Below are positions 27,927 through 37,920 of a DNA stretch of 64,000 nt, piece after piece (the stretch's first letter is position 1; each line of letters begins with the position of its first letter). The stretch spans positions 128,001 to 192,000 of the forward strand of contig JBBRLQ010000015.1 of the NCBI GenBank assembly GCA_038231275.1. The letters are read 5' to 3'. Under the pieces are notes generated by a model. It worked only from the letters and a program-made list of their open reading frames with translations. It was not told the origin of the DNA and searched no databases. The DNA comes from Polyangiales bacterium. Its GTDB lineage: Bacteria; Myxococcota_A; Polyangia; Polyangiales; Polyangiaceae. Position numbers and translations under genes: made by a program.

Positions 27927-28250
27927 ATGGAAGCCAATCTCGTCGCCGTCGACTCTCCCACCTCGAACGAACGCCTCGCGGCCTTCTTCGCCCATGCGGG
28001 CACGTTCGTCGCGTGGACGATCGCGCCGCTCGTCGTCTACTTGATCAAGCGCGGTGAGTCGCGCTTCGTCGAGTACCAGGCGCTGCAGGCGCTGCTCTGG
28101 TCGCTCGGCGGCACCGTGATCAGCCTCGCCACGTGCGGCCTCGCGATCCCGGTCTTCATGCTCTTCCACGTGCTCGCGGCCATCAAGGCGGCCAACGGCG
28201 AGACGTACGAGTATCCGATAGTTTCCGACATCGCGAAGAAGCTCATGTGA
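27927..28250 (+). CDS. DUF4870-like membrane protein
   Basis: APLVVYLIK, QALQAL and KAANGETYEYP. Confidence 0.8.
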   Translation: MEANLVAVDSPTSNERLAAFFAHAGTFVAWTIAPLVVYLIKRGESRFVEYQALQALLWSLGGTVISLATCGLAIPVFMLFHVLAAIKAANGETYEYPIVSDIAKKLM

Positions 28251-28272
28251 CGCGGAGCGACCCGAAGCTTGG

Positions 28273-29469
28273 CTACGGCAGGATCTTCGCGAGCGGCGCG
28301 ACCCATACTTGGCCGACCGCGTCGCCGTTCAAGCGGTACGCGAGGGCGCGCGGGTTTGACATCACGCACATCGCGTCGGGGACGAAGAGCTGGCCGGTGC
28401 CGAGCTGCACAGCCGTGAGCGTTCCCTTCACGACGTCGTAGCCCCAGATGCCGACGGCGCTCGCGTAGAGGACGGTGTCTCCGTCGGCCGCGATGCGCGC
28501 GATGAAGGTGTGCTCGTTGGCGGGCGATCCGCGGAAGATCGGCGGGATCGCCTTCGCCTCGTCGGCCAGCTCGACGCGCGACGCGTTGTCGTAGCCGCGG
28601 TAGAGGCGAATCGACGGCACCGGGCCGGTGCGCGCATACGAGACGACGAGCCCGCTCGCGATCGGCAGCGTGTCGTACGTCGTGAGGCCGCCATCGAAGA
28701 CCACCGACGTCGTCGTCTTCGCCGCGACGTCGACGACGTACAAGGGATACGGCGGGTTCACGTCGCCGGGGATGACCACCTTGCCGTTCGCGTAGCTGCT
28801 CGGCGGCTGCGGCGTCGAGAGCACGGTGGAGACGTCGTCGGTCTGGCCATTGGAGGCGGTCCACTTGCGCGCCTTGGTGCCGTTCAGCGCCACGCCGCCG
28901 ACGTTCTGATCGAGGCGCAGCACGCCGGTGGCGTCGGCGAAGTAGTTGTACGCGTACGGCAAGCTCGTGACGAGCGTGGCGGGCTGCGTCGCGTCGTACA
29001 CGTCGAGCGCGGTGTACCCGGCGTGATCGGCCGCGATGAACGCATCGGACGCGAACGGCGTGCGACGCGGCGCCTTGAAGCCGTAGTCGAGCTGCTTCTG
29101 CGTGTCGTAGCGCCACGAGTGCATCGTGCCGCCTTGATCGCGCCACACGACGTTCGACGCGCTGCACGTGATCGTCGAACCCTGCGAGGTGAGCGGCCCC
29201 GGAATGCGGAGCGCGGTGAGGCGCGCGGCCGCCGCGGCGAATGTTTCGGGACCCGTGGCCGGTGCATCGGTGTCGCTCGCGTCGGGGAGCGGAGAGCCGC
29301 CCGAGTCTGGTTCACCCCCGTCGGGCGTGACGATCGGCGCTCCGTCGGCGCTCGTCCCCGCGTCAGGATCTGCCGCCGACGTGCCGGTGCGAATGTCCCC
29401 ACAGCCTGCCGCGAGCAGCAGCACCACCACCACCAAGGACAGAGACGAACGACCGTTGGCGAGGCGCAT
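28273..29469 (-). CDS. Hypothetical lipoprotein (beta-rich)
   Basis: Lipobox LAAGC; D(A/G)G-rich linker. Confidence 0.7.
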   Translation of the reverse strand: MRLANGRSSLSLVVVVLLLAAGCGDIRTGTSAADPDAGTSADGAPIVTPDGGEPDSGGSPLPDASDTDAPATGPETFAAAAARLTALRIPGPLTSQGSTITCSASNVVWRDQGGTMHSWRYDTQKQLDYGFKAPRRTPFASDAFIAADHAGYTALDVYDATQPATLVTSLPYAYNYFADATGVLRLDQNVGGVALNGTKARKWTASNGQTDDVSTVLSTPQPPSSYANGKVVIPGDVNPPYPLYVVDVAAKTTTSVVFDGGLTTYDTLPIASGLVVSYARTGPVPSIRLYRGYDNASRVELADEAKAIPPIFRGSPANEHTFIARIAADGDTVLYASAVGIWGYDVVKGTLTAVQLGTGQLFVPDAMCVMSNPRALAYRLNGDAVGQVWVAPLAKILP

Positions 29470-29538
29470 GACGCCCTCTCCCGTGACACGAAGGAACCCC
29501 AATGACAACCGAATCGCCATAAAATAGCGCGAAAACGC

Positions 29539-30456
29539 CTATTTCTGCGGCGTCACGGGGAAGACGAGCGCGAACGAGCGCGGGCCGGTCGTGAAGAGGA
29601 GCGTCTCCTTCGAGTGCGCCTCTTTGCGGTAGTGCGGGTACCAGGGCTGCGCGCGCCAGGCGTCGGTGTCCTTCACGAGCTCGGGGACGATGAGGTCGAG
29701 CTCGACGTAGCGGCCGCCGGTCTTGGCGACGAGCGCGGGGCCGAAGCTCCATGCCTCGTGACCGGGCCGCGGCGCCGCGTCGTTGTGCATCGCGCCGCCG
29801 TACGCCACGATCATCCGCGAGGCCGACGCGTCGTCGCCGCTCTTGTCGAGGAGCGCGCCGACGTCGCGGGCCGTGAGGCGCGCGATCATCGACAGCATCG
29901 CGTCGATGTCGCCGCCGCCGGCGTCGAGGATGCGCTCGTACTCGTCGCACCCGGGGACGAGCGCGTGGGGCATCACGCCGAGCTTTTTCGCGGCGTCGCC
30001 GAGGAGCATGAATTCGTTCTGGTTGGTGGGGGCTTGGGTGGCGGTGACGTCCTTCTGCTGCTTTTGGACCTTCTCCACCTTCTTCACGCACGCAGGGTTT
30101 CCGACCCAGAGCTCGATGACGAGATCGCTCGCCCGTCCTCCGAGCGCCGGGAGAAGCCCGTCGGTGAATCGCTTGGTCGCCGACGTGACGTTCTCTACGT
30201 CCTTCTGCGCGTGCGTCTCGCCAACCGCGAGCACGCGCGGGTTCTCGGCGAGCACCTTGGCGAACGCCTCCGCCGGCGACGCGAGGACCGCGCACGGCAT
30301 CTCCGCGTCGCACGAACCGGTCGCGAGTGCCGCGCTCGAAGACGCGCCCGCGCTCGGACCAGGCGCACCCGGTGCGACGCTCGAAGCCCGCGAGCACGCG
30401 ACGGAGAGGGTGGATGCGGCTGCGAATGCGACGGAGAGAATGGCCGTGATTCGCAC
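29539..30456 (-). CDS. Lipoprotein, possible ChaN/EreA/TraB-like metal-binding fold
   Basis: Lipobox SVAC; VGETH, VIE and YGGAMH motifs. Confidence 0.6.
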   Translation of the reverse strand: MRITAILSVAFAAASTLSVACSRASSVAPGAPGPSAGASSSAALATGSCDAEMPCAVLASPAEAFAKVLAENPRVLAVGETHAQKDVENVTSATKRFTDGLLPALGGRASDLVIELWVGNPACVKKVEKVQKQQKDVTATQAPTNQNEFMLLGDAAKKLGVMPHALVPGCDEYERILDAGGGDIDAMLSMIARLTARDVGALLDKSGDDASASRMIVAYGGAMHNDAAPRPGHEAWSFGPALVAKTGGRYVELDLIVPELVKDTDAWRAQPWYPHYRKEAHSKETLLFTTGPRSFALVFPVTPQK

Positions 30457-30513
30457 ACCTGCATGGTACACGGACGTCGAGCGAATCGCCGCGCCGCGTG
30501 GCACAATCACATC

Positions 30514-31380
30514 GTGACGAGCCCCACGCCGCGCGCGCCGCGAAGACCCGAAGGGTGGGTCGCGCCGGGACCACCGCCGGTCGGCGATCGCGGGCGCGCC
30601 GATCTCGCGCCGACCGACGACGAAGATCTCTCGCTCCTCTCCGGCGACTGGCGCGTCTTCCAACAGAAGCGCGGGCACCGCTGGTCGCTCGACGATCTCG
30701 TGACCGCCGCCATCGCCGCGTGGGCCGTCCCGAAGCCGCCGGCGCGCGCGCTCGATCTCGGTTGCGGCATCGGCTCCGTCCTCATGATGATCGCGTGGCG
30801 ATTTCCGGAGGCGAAGGTCCTGGGGATCGAAGCGCAGGAGCTCTCGCTAGGGATGGCGCGTCGCTCGCTCGCGTGGAACGGCGCCGACGCGCGCGTCGAG
30901 GTCCGTCACGGCGATCTGCGCGATCCGGCGACGCTCCCGGAGGGCGCCACGTTCGATCTCGTCACCGGCACGCCGCCGTATTTCCCGATCGGCGAGGGCG
31001 TCGAATCGGACAGACCGCAGTGCGCGCCGTGCCGCTTCGAGCACCGCGGCGGCGTCGAGGACTACTGCGAAGCGGCGGCGCGCGCCCTCACCCCGGACGG
31101 GCTCTTCGTCATGTGCGCGGCGTCGGGCGAAGCGGAGCGTGTACGAGAAGGAGCGAGGACGGCGGCGCTCGACGTCACGGCGATCCGCGAGATCGTCCCG
31201 CGCGAGGGAAAGGCTCCGCTCGTCACCGTCTTCACGCTGACCAAGCAAGCGCGCGGCGGTGGCGCGGGGCCCGCAGCCTCGACGCGCCTCGTGGTCCGTG
31301 ACGCGAAGGGGGTCTGGACCACGGAATTTGCGTCCGTTCGTCGTGAGATGGGCATGCCCGACCGCCCACCGCGCGCTTAA
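30514..31380 (+). CDS. tRNA (adenine37-N6)-methyltransferase-like (YfiC/TrmN6 family)
   Basis: Q.KRGHRWSLDD, LDLGCGIG and TPPYF...RFE. Confidence 0.8.
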   Translation: MTSPTPRAPRRPEGWVAPGPPPVGDRGRADLAPTDDEDLSLLSGDWRVFQQKRGHRWSLDDLVTAAIAAWAVPKPPARALDLGCGIGSVLMMIAWRFPEAKVLGIEAQELSLGMARRSLAWNGADARVEVRHGDLRDPATLPEGATFDLVTGTPPYFPIGEGVESDRPQCAPCRFEHRGGVEDYCEAAARALTPDGLFVMCAASGEAERVREGARTAALDVTAIREIVPREGKAPLVTVFTLTKQARGGGAGPAASTRLVVRDAKGVWTTEFASVRREMGMPDRPPRA

Positions 31381-31409
31381 GTCCGCCGCCTCCGCGGACG
31401 TACTTCCTC

Positions 31410-31766
31410 GTGGGGACCGTGCTCAGCACCAAACCACCGCCGCAGCGCAGAGAGAAGGTGCACCGTCGTGTCGATGTGCAGCCGGAGGACTTGAAGCACC
31501 TCGACGTGCTCCACAAGATCCTGCGCCTCCTCAACGAGCCGAAGCAGAGCGCGGGGCCGCTCGCGCGCCTCATCGTGCGGATGCCGATCCTCGAGGCGCG
31601 GGTGCGACGCGCCTACCGTGCGCCGCAGTGGTACACGGAGGACGCGTACGGCGAGCCGGATGTCACCACCGTGCTCGTCATGATGGGCAACCGCGGCTTC
31701 GAGGCCGTGCTGCTCGAGCTGCTCGAGGATCTCACGATCCTGAACGGCGAGCTCCAGGGCCAGTGA
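31410..31766 (+). CDS. Small protein resembling the N-terminal half of an HDOD domain
   Basis: VLHKILRLLNEPKQSAGPLARLIVRMPILEARV...VTTVLVMMG. Confidence 0.55.
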   Translation: MGTVLSTKPPPQRREKVHRRVDVQPEDLKHLDVLHKILRLLNEPKQSAGPLARLIVRMPILEARVRRAYRAPQWYTEDAYGEPDVTTVLVMMGNRGFEAVLLELLEDLTILNGELQGQ

Positions 31767-33156
31767 CCGCCGCGAGCGGCTTCGACGCGCCTGCTTCCGC
31801 GCGCGTCTTCGCGTGGTCCATCACGCGGCGGTGGATCGCGTGCACGACGCCGTCGCTCCACAGGCGCCAGTAGCTCTCGGGCGTGATGCGCACGTCGACC
31901 CAGCTGCGCGCGACGAGGCGCGTGCGATCTCCTGGCAGGCGCTCGAGCACGAACTGCCCACGCTGGTTTCTCACGTAGCCGTCGAGGTGCGGTTGACGCG
32001 GTCCGCGCCAGAGCGTCGCCTCGACCATCGGATCGGGCTGGGTGTCGATGTGGAACACGAGCTCGCGCGGAGGGTCCCACCTCTCCACCGTCTCGAGCGC
32101 GATGCCCGTCGAGAACTCGCAGCGACGTACGGCGCCGACACGCGGCGCGTCGAGGGTCGCGCGGATCGGATACGCGATGCCCGCGGAGAACGGCAGATGC
32201 GCCGGCGTCTCCATCTCCGCCACCTCCGCGACGAGCGGCCACACGCGCTCGGGTGGCGCGTCGATCACCGTCTCCGTCAGGATGGGCTCTGCCGCGAGCG
32301 CCGGCAGCGGGCTCAGGTGCTCGCCGACGAAGAGGAGCGGCAAGAGGAGGACCGCGCCGAGTAGCGCGGCGTCGAGGTTCTTCCGTGGCATCGATTTGGA
32401 GGCCGAAAACCCGATGAACGCGCCGAGGTACGACGGCAAGACGAAGAGCGGCATCGCCATGACGAGGCACACCGCGCCCTCCATCGCCGCGAAGATGAGC
32501 CCCGCCACGGCAAAGACCGTCGCCAGCGTGGTCGCCAGCGCCGCCTCGCGAAATCGTCCGTCGGGCTGGAGCCGTCCATAGAACGCGCCCGTCGAGAATC
32601 CGGCGATGACCGGCGAGCCGATCATGAGCGCGACACCGTAGGAGCCGAGGAGACCGACCGACACCGCCATCGTCCCGAGCGCGAGCACGGTGCCGAGGGC
32701 GGCGCTCATCCAGATGCTCGTCCCCCGGCTCCGCGCCGGCGCGGCGAGCGCGATCTCTCGCCCGGGCTCGCGGTACATCGGCTGCGGAGGAAGCTCCGGC
32801 GCGCGCCCCCGTGACGGCGCTACCGCCATCGCGAGAAAGAAGAGGAGGTTCGCGAAGGGCGTGAAGAAGAGGAGCGCGTAGCTCGCCGACATTCCGATGT
32901 CTCGAAGGCGCCGCACCGTGAGGCCCACCCCCACCGCCGTGAACGGCACCGTCGTCACCGCGAGCGTCCCCCAGTACGCGAGATCTTGCCCCGGGTGAAA
33001 GAGCGGCGCGTCGACGGGGCTGACGTAGAAGAGGAGGGAGTAGGGATGGTGGAAGAGCGTCGCGATCCCGAAGTCGACAGCGACTTTCAGGACGGAGAGG
33101 CCCACGCCCCACGCCAGGTACCCCGCGCGCGAGAGCGGTCGAGATAGTGCGTCCAT
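31732..33156 (-). CDS. DUF805 + SRPBCC domain membrane protein
   Basis: VRRLRDIG, EGAVCLVMA and IDAPPERVW; GAGGGG RBS. Confidence 0.8.
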   Translation of the reverse strand: MDALSRPLSRAGYLAWGVGLSVLKVAVDFGIATLFHHPYSLLFYVSPVDAPLFHPGQDLAYWGTLAVTTVPFTAVGVGLTVRRLRDIGMSASYALLFFTPFANLLFFLAMAVAPSRGRAPELPPQPMYREPGREIALAAPARSRGTSIWMSAALGTVLALGTMAVSVGLLGSYGVALMIGSPVIAGFSTGAFYGRLQPDGRFREAALATTLATVFAVAGLIFAAMEGAVCLVMAMPLFVLPSYLGAFIGFSASKSMPRKNLDAALLGAVLLLPLLFVGEHLSPLPALAAEPILTETVIDAPPERVWPLVAEVAEMETPAHLPFSAGIAYPIRATLDAPRVGAVRRCEFSTGIALETVERWDPPRELVFHIDTQPDPMVEATLWRGPRQPHLDGYVRNQRGQFVLERLPGDRTRLVARSWVDVRITPESYWRLWSDGVVHAIHRRVMDHAKTRAEAGASKPLAAVTGPGARRSGS

Positions 33157-33202
33157 TTCCCCTCCTCTTTCTCGCTGTTCGGTCGTTCGTCGCGCGCGTC
33201 GC

Positions 33203-33838
33203 TCAGGCGCCGCGCGCGGCGTCGAGGATCTTGCGGAGCTCGGCGACGCCTTCGGCGCCGATCGTGTGCTCGATCTCGAACGCGAACACGTCGAGCGCAG
33301 TGCGGGGCCCACCCTCGGTCGGCACGCAGCACAGCTTCGTCCCTTCGACGTTGTCGACGTCGAGCATCAGCATGCCGTGATCGACCGTCACCGGGAACGC
33401 GGTGCAGTAGAACGGCTTCAGGACGGGGACGCGCCCCTCCATGTTCGCCTTCTGGAGGACGCAGCGGCCAACCTTGTTCAAGAAGATGCACCCGCGCGAG
33501 GCCGTCTGCGTGCCGATGGCGACCTTCGACGGAAAATCGTTGTCCTCGACGGTCTCGTCGTCGAACCACTTGGACGGATCCTTGGGCTGATCGTCGTCCA
33601 TCGTGGCGATGACCTCGGCGGCGTGCGCGAGGATGCGCTCCTTCTCCACGCGATCGGCGAGGACGCCGGTGCCGCAGCATTGGGAGGTGCACTTGTTCGA
33701 GTCGCAGGCGGCGGCCATGCGGCACTCGAGCATCGATTTCCCGACCTTGATTTCGCCGAGGTGGGAGAGCTTGTGGTTCTTGAGGGTTCCGATCGACGGC
33801 TCGGGGAGCGGGCGATCGTCGTAGATGGGGAGGTTCAA
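33203..33838 (-). CDS. Cysteine-cluster protein (DUF3109/YkgJ-like)
   Basis: C..CTSQCC..G, CIFL....CVL and KPFYCTAFP; start codon uncertain. Confidence 0.75.
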   Translation of the reverse strand: MNLPIYDDRPLPEPSIGTLKNHKLSHLGEIKVGKSMLECRMAAACDSNKCTSQCCGTGVLADRVEKERILAHAAEVIATMDDDQPKDPSKWFDDETVEDNDFPSKVAIGTQTASRGCIFLNKVGRCVLQKANMEGRVPVLKPFYCTAFPVTVDHGMLMLDVDNVEGTKLCCVPTEGGPRTALDVFAFEIEHTIGAEGVAELRKILDAARGA

Positions 33839-33848
33839 GGGGCGGACC

Positions 33849-34796
33849 TTACGACGGGGACGACGGGCTCGCAATCGGGAGGAGCGCGGCGCCGAAGACT
33901 CCGGCGCTGTCGCCGAGCGCGTTCTTGACGATGCGGGTCGTGAGCCGGTCGGTGAAGGCCCAGCGCGCCACCGCCGCGACGCCGTCGGTGTAGAGGCGGT
34001 CCACGTTCGAGACGCCACCCCCGAGGACGACCACCTCCGGATCAAGGACCGCGAGCACCGTCGCAAGCGCGCGGCCGAACGTGTCGACCGCCGCATCGAG
34101 GACCGCGACAGCGTCTGCGTCGGAGCTCGATGCGAACGCGGCGAGCTTGACGTGTCGGCCGGTGCGCGCCTCGTAGGCGGCCTCGATCGCGGGCCCCTTC
34201 AGGTACTGCTCCACGCACCCGCGCCTGCCGCAGTAGCACGCGGGTCCCGAGATCGGGTCGAGCACGATGTGGCCCCATTCGCCCGCGATTCCCTGCGCTC
34301 CGTCCCACACGCGCGGCGATCCGGACGGGTCGCGAAAAACGACGCCTCCTCCCACGCCGGTGCCGAGGATCACACCGAACGCGACGGTCGCGCCTGCGGC
34401 GGCGCCGAACGTGGCCTCCGCAAGGGCGAAGCAGTTCGCGTCGTTCGCGAAGGCGACAGGCACGCCGAGCGCGGCCTCGAGGTCGGCGCGGAACGGGCGG
34501 CCGTTGAGGCACGTCGTGTTCGAGTTCTTCACGACCGGCACGCCGTCCTTCACCGTCGTCGATCCCGGCATCCCGACACCGACCGGCGGTGGCGACGCGA
34601 GCCCTGCTTCTTTTGCGACCTCGAGCACGAGCCCACGCGTGCGAGTGACGATGTGCGCGTAGCCACTGTCGCGCTCGGTGGGGATTCGTTTTCGTGCGAG
34701 CACCTCGGGAAGTGCATGCGGGTCCGCGCTCAGGCGCAGCACGACCGCCTCGGTCTTCGTTCCGCCGAGATCCACCCCGAGCCGCAACGCCGTCAT
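33849..34796 (-). CDS. ROK family sugar kinase (fructokinase Mak-like)
   Basis: DLGGTK, ANDANCFALAE, GTGVGGG, GEWGH and CYCGRRGCVE. Confidence 0.92.
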   Translation of the reverse strand: MTALRLGVDLGGTKTEAVVLRLSADPHALPEVLARKRIPTERDSGYAHIVTRTRGLVLEVAKEAGLASPPPVGVGMPGSTTVKDGVPVVKNSNTTCLNGRPFRADLEAALGVPVAFANDANCFALAEATFGAAAGATVAFGVILGTGVGGGVVFRDPSGSPRVWDGAQGIAGEWGHIVLDPISGPACYCGRRGCVEQYLKGPAIEAAYEARTGRHVKLAAFASSSDADAVAVLDAAVDTFGRALATVLAVLDPEVVVLGGGVSNVDRLYTDGVAAVARWAFTDRLTTRIVKNALGDSAGVFGAALLPIASPSSPS

Positions 34797-34827
34797 CGCG
34801 AGGGAGCTTACCGTGTACCCTCGGAGC

Positions 34828-35493
34828 GTGCGCGATCCGGTCGAGCGCGAGCGTTTCATCATGACCCACACGGCGGCGCTCGACGTGCCGTTCGTACCGG
34901 GCGTGCGCCTCCAGCTGGCGACGAGCGAGGTCACCTCGTTGTGGATGGCCACCGAGACGTGGCTTCGCGAGCGCAACGTGCCGATGCCGTTCTGGGCGTT
35001 CGCGTGGGCCGGCGGGCAGGCCCTCGCGCGCTACCTCCTCGACGCGCGCGAGACCGTGAACGGCAAGCGCGTGCTCGATTTCGCCTGCGGCAGCGGTCTC
35101 GTGGGCATCGCGGCGATGCACGCAGGGGCGGCGTCGGTGTCGGCGGTCGACATCGATCCGTTCGCGGCGACGGCGTGCGCGCTCAACGCCGAGGCGAACG
35201 GCGTCGCGCTCGAAATCGTGTGCGAGGACCTCGTGGGCGGCCGGCTGCCGCGCGTCGACGTCGTGACCGCGGGGGACATCTGGTACGAGGCGGGCCCCGC
35301 CGATCGCTTCGCCACCTGGTTACGACGCATCGCGGCAGACGGCGTTCGCGTGCTGACCGCCGATCCGGGTCGGGCGTACGTGCCCACCGAGGGCGTGCGG
35401 GAGCTCGCCCGCTACGACGTGCCGACGCCCATCGAGCTCGAGGGGTCTCCTTTTCGTACCACGCGCGTCCTCGAGCTGCTGCCGCCCGCGTAA
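34828..35493 (+). CDS. Protein-lysine/nicotinamide N-methyltransferase-like (PrmA/METTL20 type)
   Basis: PFWAFAWAGGQALARY, VLDFACGSG and ADPGRAY. Confidence 0.85.
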   Translation: MRDPVERERFIMTHTAALDVPFVPGVRLQLATSEVTSLWMATETWLRERNVPMPFWAFAWAGGQALARYLLDARETVNGKRVLDFACGSGLVGIAAMHAGAASVSAVDIDPFAATACALNAEANGVALEIVCEDLVGGRLPRVDVVTAGDIWYEAGPADRFATWLRRIAADGVRVLTADPGRAYVPTEGVRELARYDVPTPIELEGSPFRTTRVLELLPPA

Positions 35494-35574
35494 GTGCTAG
35501 GCTGTCGCGCCGCGTGACGTCGCCGGGGAAGATCCCTTCGGCGCGCACGTAGATGCCCCCGAGGAATTCCGCTC

Positions 35575-37920
35575 ATGATCCTTACCGGACGACGCGCCGC
35601 GCGCCTTCTCACCGCAATCGTGGCCCTCGCCGGCGGAGCCATCGCCTCCCAGGGGTGTGGCGCCGACACCACCGGCAACATCGTTGCCGACGGCGGCGCC
35701 GACGCGCTCCCCGACGACGACGGAGCGACCCCGAAGCCCGTCTGCGGCGACGGCGTCACCGCGCGACCCGAGCAGTGCGACGACACGAACAAGGTGAACG
35801 GCGACGGCTGCGACGACGACTGCAGCTTCAGCTGCGACGCGACCGATCCGCACGGCCTCTCCAAGTGCGACACGAACCCCTGCAAGGGCGCGCTCTCGTG
35901 CAGCGCCGCGCACGTGTGCACGTACGCCGGCGCGCTCGCCGACGGCGCCGACTGCGGCGGCGGCAAGATTTGCAGCGGCGGAAAGTGCACCGCGACGGTG
36001 TGCGGCGACGGCGTGGTCACGGCCCCCGAAGAGTGCGACGACGCGAACGGCACCGCGGGCGACGGCTGCGAACCGACCTGCAAGTTCACCTGCGTCACCA
36101 GCGACGCGACGCGAAACTGCACCCCCGCCGACTCCTGCGCCGGACAGGGTACGTGCAGCGACACCAAGCACACGTGCTCTCCTGGCACCCCGCTCCCAAA
36201 CGGCACCGGCTGCGGTCCGTCCGGACAAGGTGAGGTCTGCATCGGCGGCGTCTGCAAGCCGCCGGCGTGCGGCGACGGCGCGGTCGAGGCCGGTGAGGAC
36301 TGCGACTTCGGCAACGGCAACGGGGTCGGCACCGGCTGCGAGGCCAACTGCAAATTCTCCTGCAAGAAATCCCCGGAGTCGTGCGTCACCGTCGACTTGT
36401 GCGCGGGAACGAACGCGTGCACGACGGTCACCGTCAGCGGCGCCTCCGGCCAGAAATGCGTGACGGGCACTCCCCCGCCCGACGGCACCTCGTGCGGCAA
36501 CGGCGGCGTCTGCGCCGGCGGACTCTGCAAGCTGGCCACGTGCGGCAACGGGACGATCGAGGCCGGCGAGCAGTGCGACTTCGGCACCGGCGCCAACGGC
36601 CCCGGCACCGGCTGCGAGCTCGACTGCCAGTTCTCCTGCCAGACGACGCCCACCGACTCGTGCCCCAGCTCGGACCCGTGCAGCGCGGCGCCGCAGAAAT
36701 GCTCGGCGGTCAGCGTCGGCGGCAAGCCCGGGCAGAAGTGCCAGCCGCAAGCCACGATCGCCCAGTGCGGCACGTGCGGCGGCAGCAACATCTGCGTCGG
36801 CAACGTCTGCAAGGCGAAGGCGTGCGGCGACCTCTGCGTGACGAGCCCCGAGTCGTGCGATCCGCCGAACGGCACCACGTGCAGCCCGACGTGCACCAGC
36901 ATCGTGTGCGGCGACGGCAAGCGCGAAGGCAAGGAGCAGTGCGACGACGGCCAGCTGCCGCCGAAGAACCTGGACGGCTGCGACGCGACCTGTAAATTCG
37001 AGCAGGACCACCGCGCCAACGGCGTCACCCTCCTCTACAACCCGTCGGCGCTCTGCAGCTCGAACAACGCGCTCGGCTCGGCCATCGCGTCGGCGGCGCA
37101 GGGCACGCTCCAGAGCTCGCTCAACACTGGCGTGAAGGACGGCTCGACCACGATCATGCTCAAATTCCTGGGCCTGACGGATCTGACGGGCACGAGCCAA
37201 CCGAGCCTGCAAGTCGGCGGGCTCGGCGGCAAGCCGGTCGCCGGCGCCGCGTACGACGGCACGAACGATCTCGAGTGGTGGTACACGACCGACCCGAGCA
37301 GCATCGACGTCGCGCGCAACCCGAAGACGTTCTTGAACGGGAGCATCGTCGCCAAGCTCCTCGACGCGACGGGCACGCTGGATCTCGGCATCTCCCTCGC
37401 GGGCGGGCCGACGGTGCTGCACATGTCCGGCGCGCACCTCCGCTCGAACATCGGCGGGACGACGAAGCCCGCGATCTCGAGCGGCGCGACCCCGGGCCAC
37501 CTCGTGAGCGAGAACCTCGATCCCGCGCTCATGAGCTTTGCCACGACCTCGAACGGCGAGCTGTGCGGCAACATCAGCGCGGCGTCGCTGGCGACCGTGC
37601 CGGTGCCGGCCGCGCTCCTCTCCGGCGTCGGCGCGTGCAGCCAAGGCTACAGCGCGAACAATCACCTCCTCGATGTGCTCGTCGGCGGATGCAACGGCTT
37701 CCTCGGCATCGCCGAGGTCAACCCGACGCAGCCCGATCAGTTCGATCCGGCGGCGCCGCCGGCCGGGCAAGGTGCACCCTACAAGCTCACGATGACCGGC
37801 ACGACGGTGACCGGCTGCCGTGACAAGGCGAACGCGGTGGTGAGCCTCCCGGTGTGCCTCGCCGCGGCGGCGTACTCGAGCGACTTCAACTTCACCACCG
37901 ACCGCGTCATCGCGAAGTGA
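35575..37920 (+). CDS. Myxobacterial cysteine-rich repeat (DUF4215-type) lipoprotein
   Basis: Lipobox SQGC; about six CG(D/N)...E.CD repeats followed by a non-repeat C-terminal domain. Confidence 0.85.
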   Translation: MILTGRRAARLLTAIVALAGGAIASQGCGADTTGNIVADGGADALPDDDGATPKPVCGDGVTARPEQCDDTNKVNGDGCDDDCSFSCDATDPHGLSKCDTNPCKGALSCSAAHVCTYAGALADGADCGGGKICSGGKCTATVCGDGVVTAPEECDDANGTAGDGCEPTCKFTCVTSDATRNCTPADSCAGQGTCSDTKHTCSPGTPLPNGTGCGPSGQGEVCIGGVCKPPACGDGAVEAGEDCDFGNGNGVGTGCEANCKFSCKKSPESCVTVDLCAGTNACTTVTVSGASGQKCVTGTPPPDGTSCGNGGVCAGGLCKLATCGNGTIEAGEQCDFGTGANGPGTGCELDCQFSCQTTPTDSCPSSDPCSAAPQKCSAVSVGGKPGQKCQPQATIAQCGTCGGSNICVGNVCKAKACGDLCVTSPESCDPPNGTTCSPTCTSIVCGDGKREGKEQCDDGQLPPKNLDGCDATCKFEQDHRANGVTLLYNPSALCSSNNALGSAIASAAQGTLQSSLNTGVKDGSTTIMLKFLGLTDLTGTSQPSLQVGGLGGKPVAGAAYDGTNDLEWWYTTDPSSIDVARNPKTFLNGSIVAKLLDATGTLDLGISLAGGPTVLHMSGAHLRSNIGGTTKPAISSGATPGHLVSENLDPALMSFATTSNGELCGNISAASLATVPVPAALLSGVGACSQGYSANNHLLDVLVGGCNGFLGIAEVNPTQPDQFDPAAPPAGQGAPYKLTMTGTTVTGCRDKANAVVSLPVCLAAAAYSSDFNFTTDRVIAK

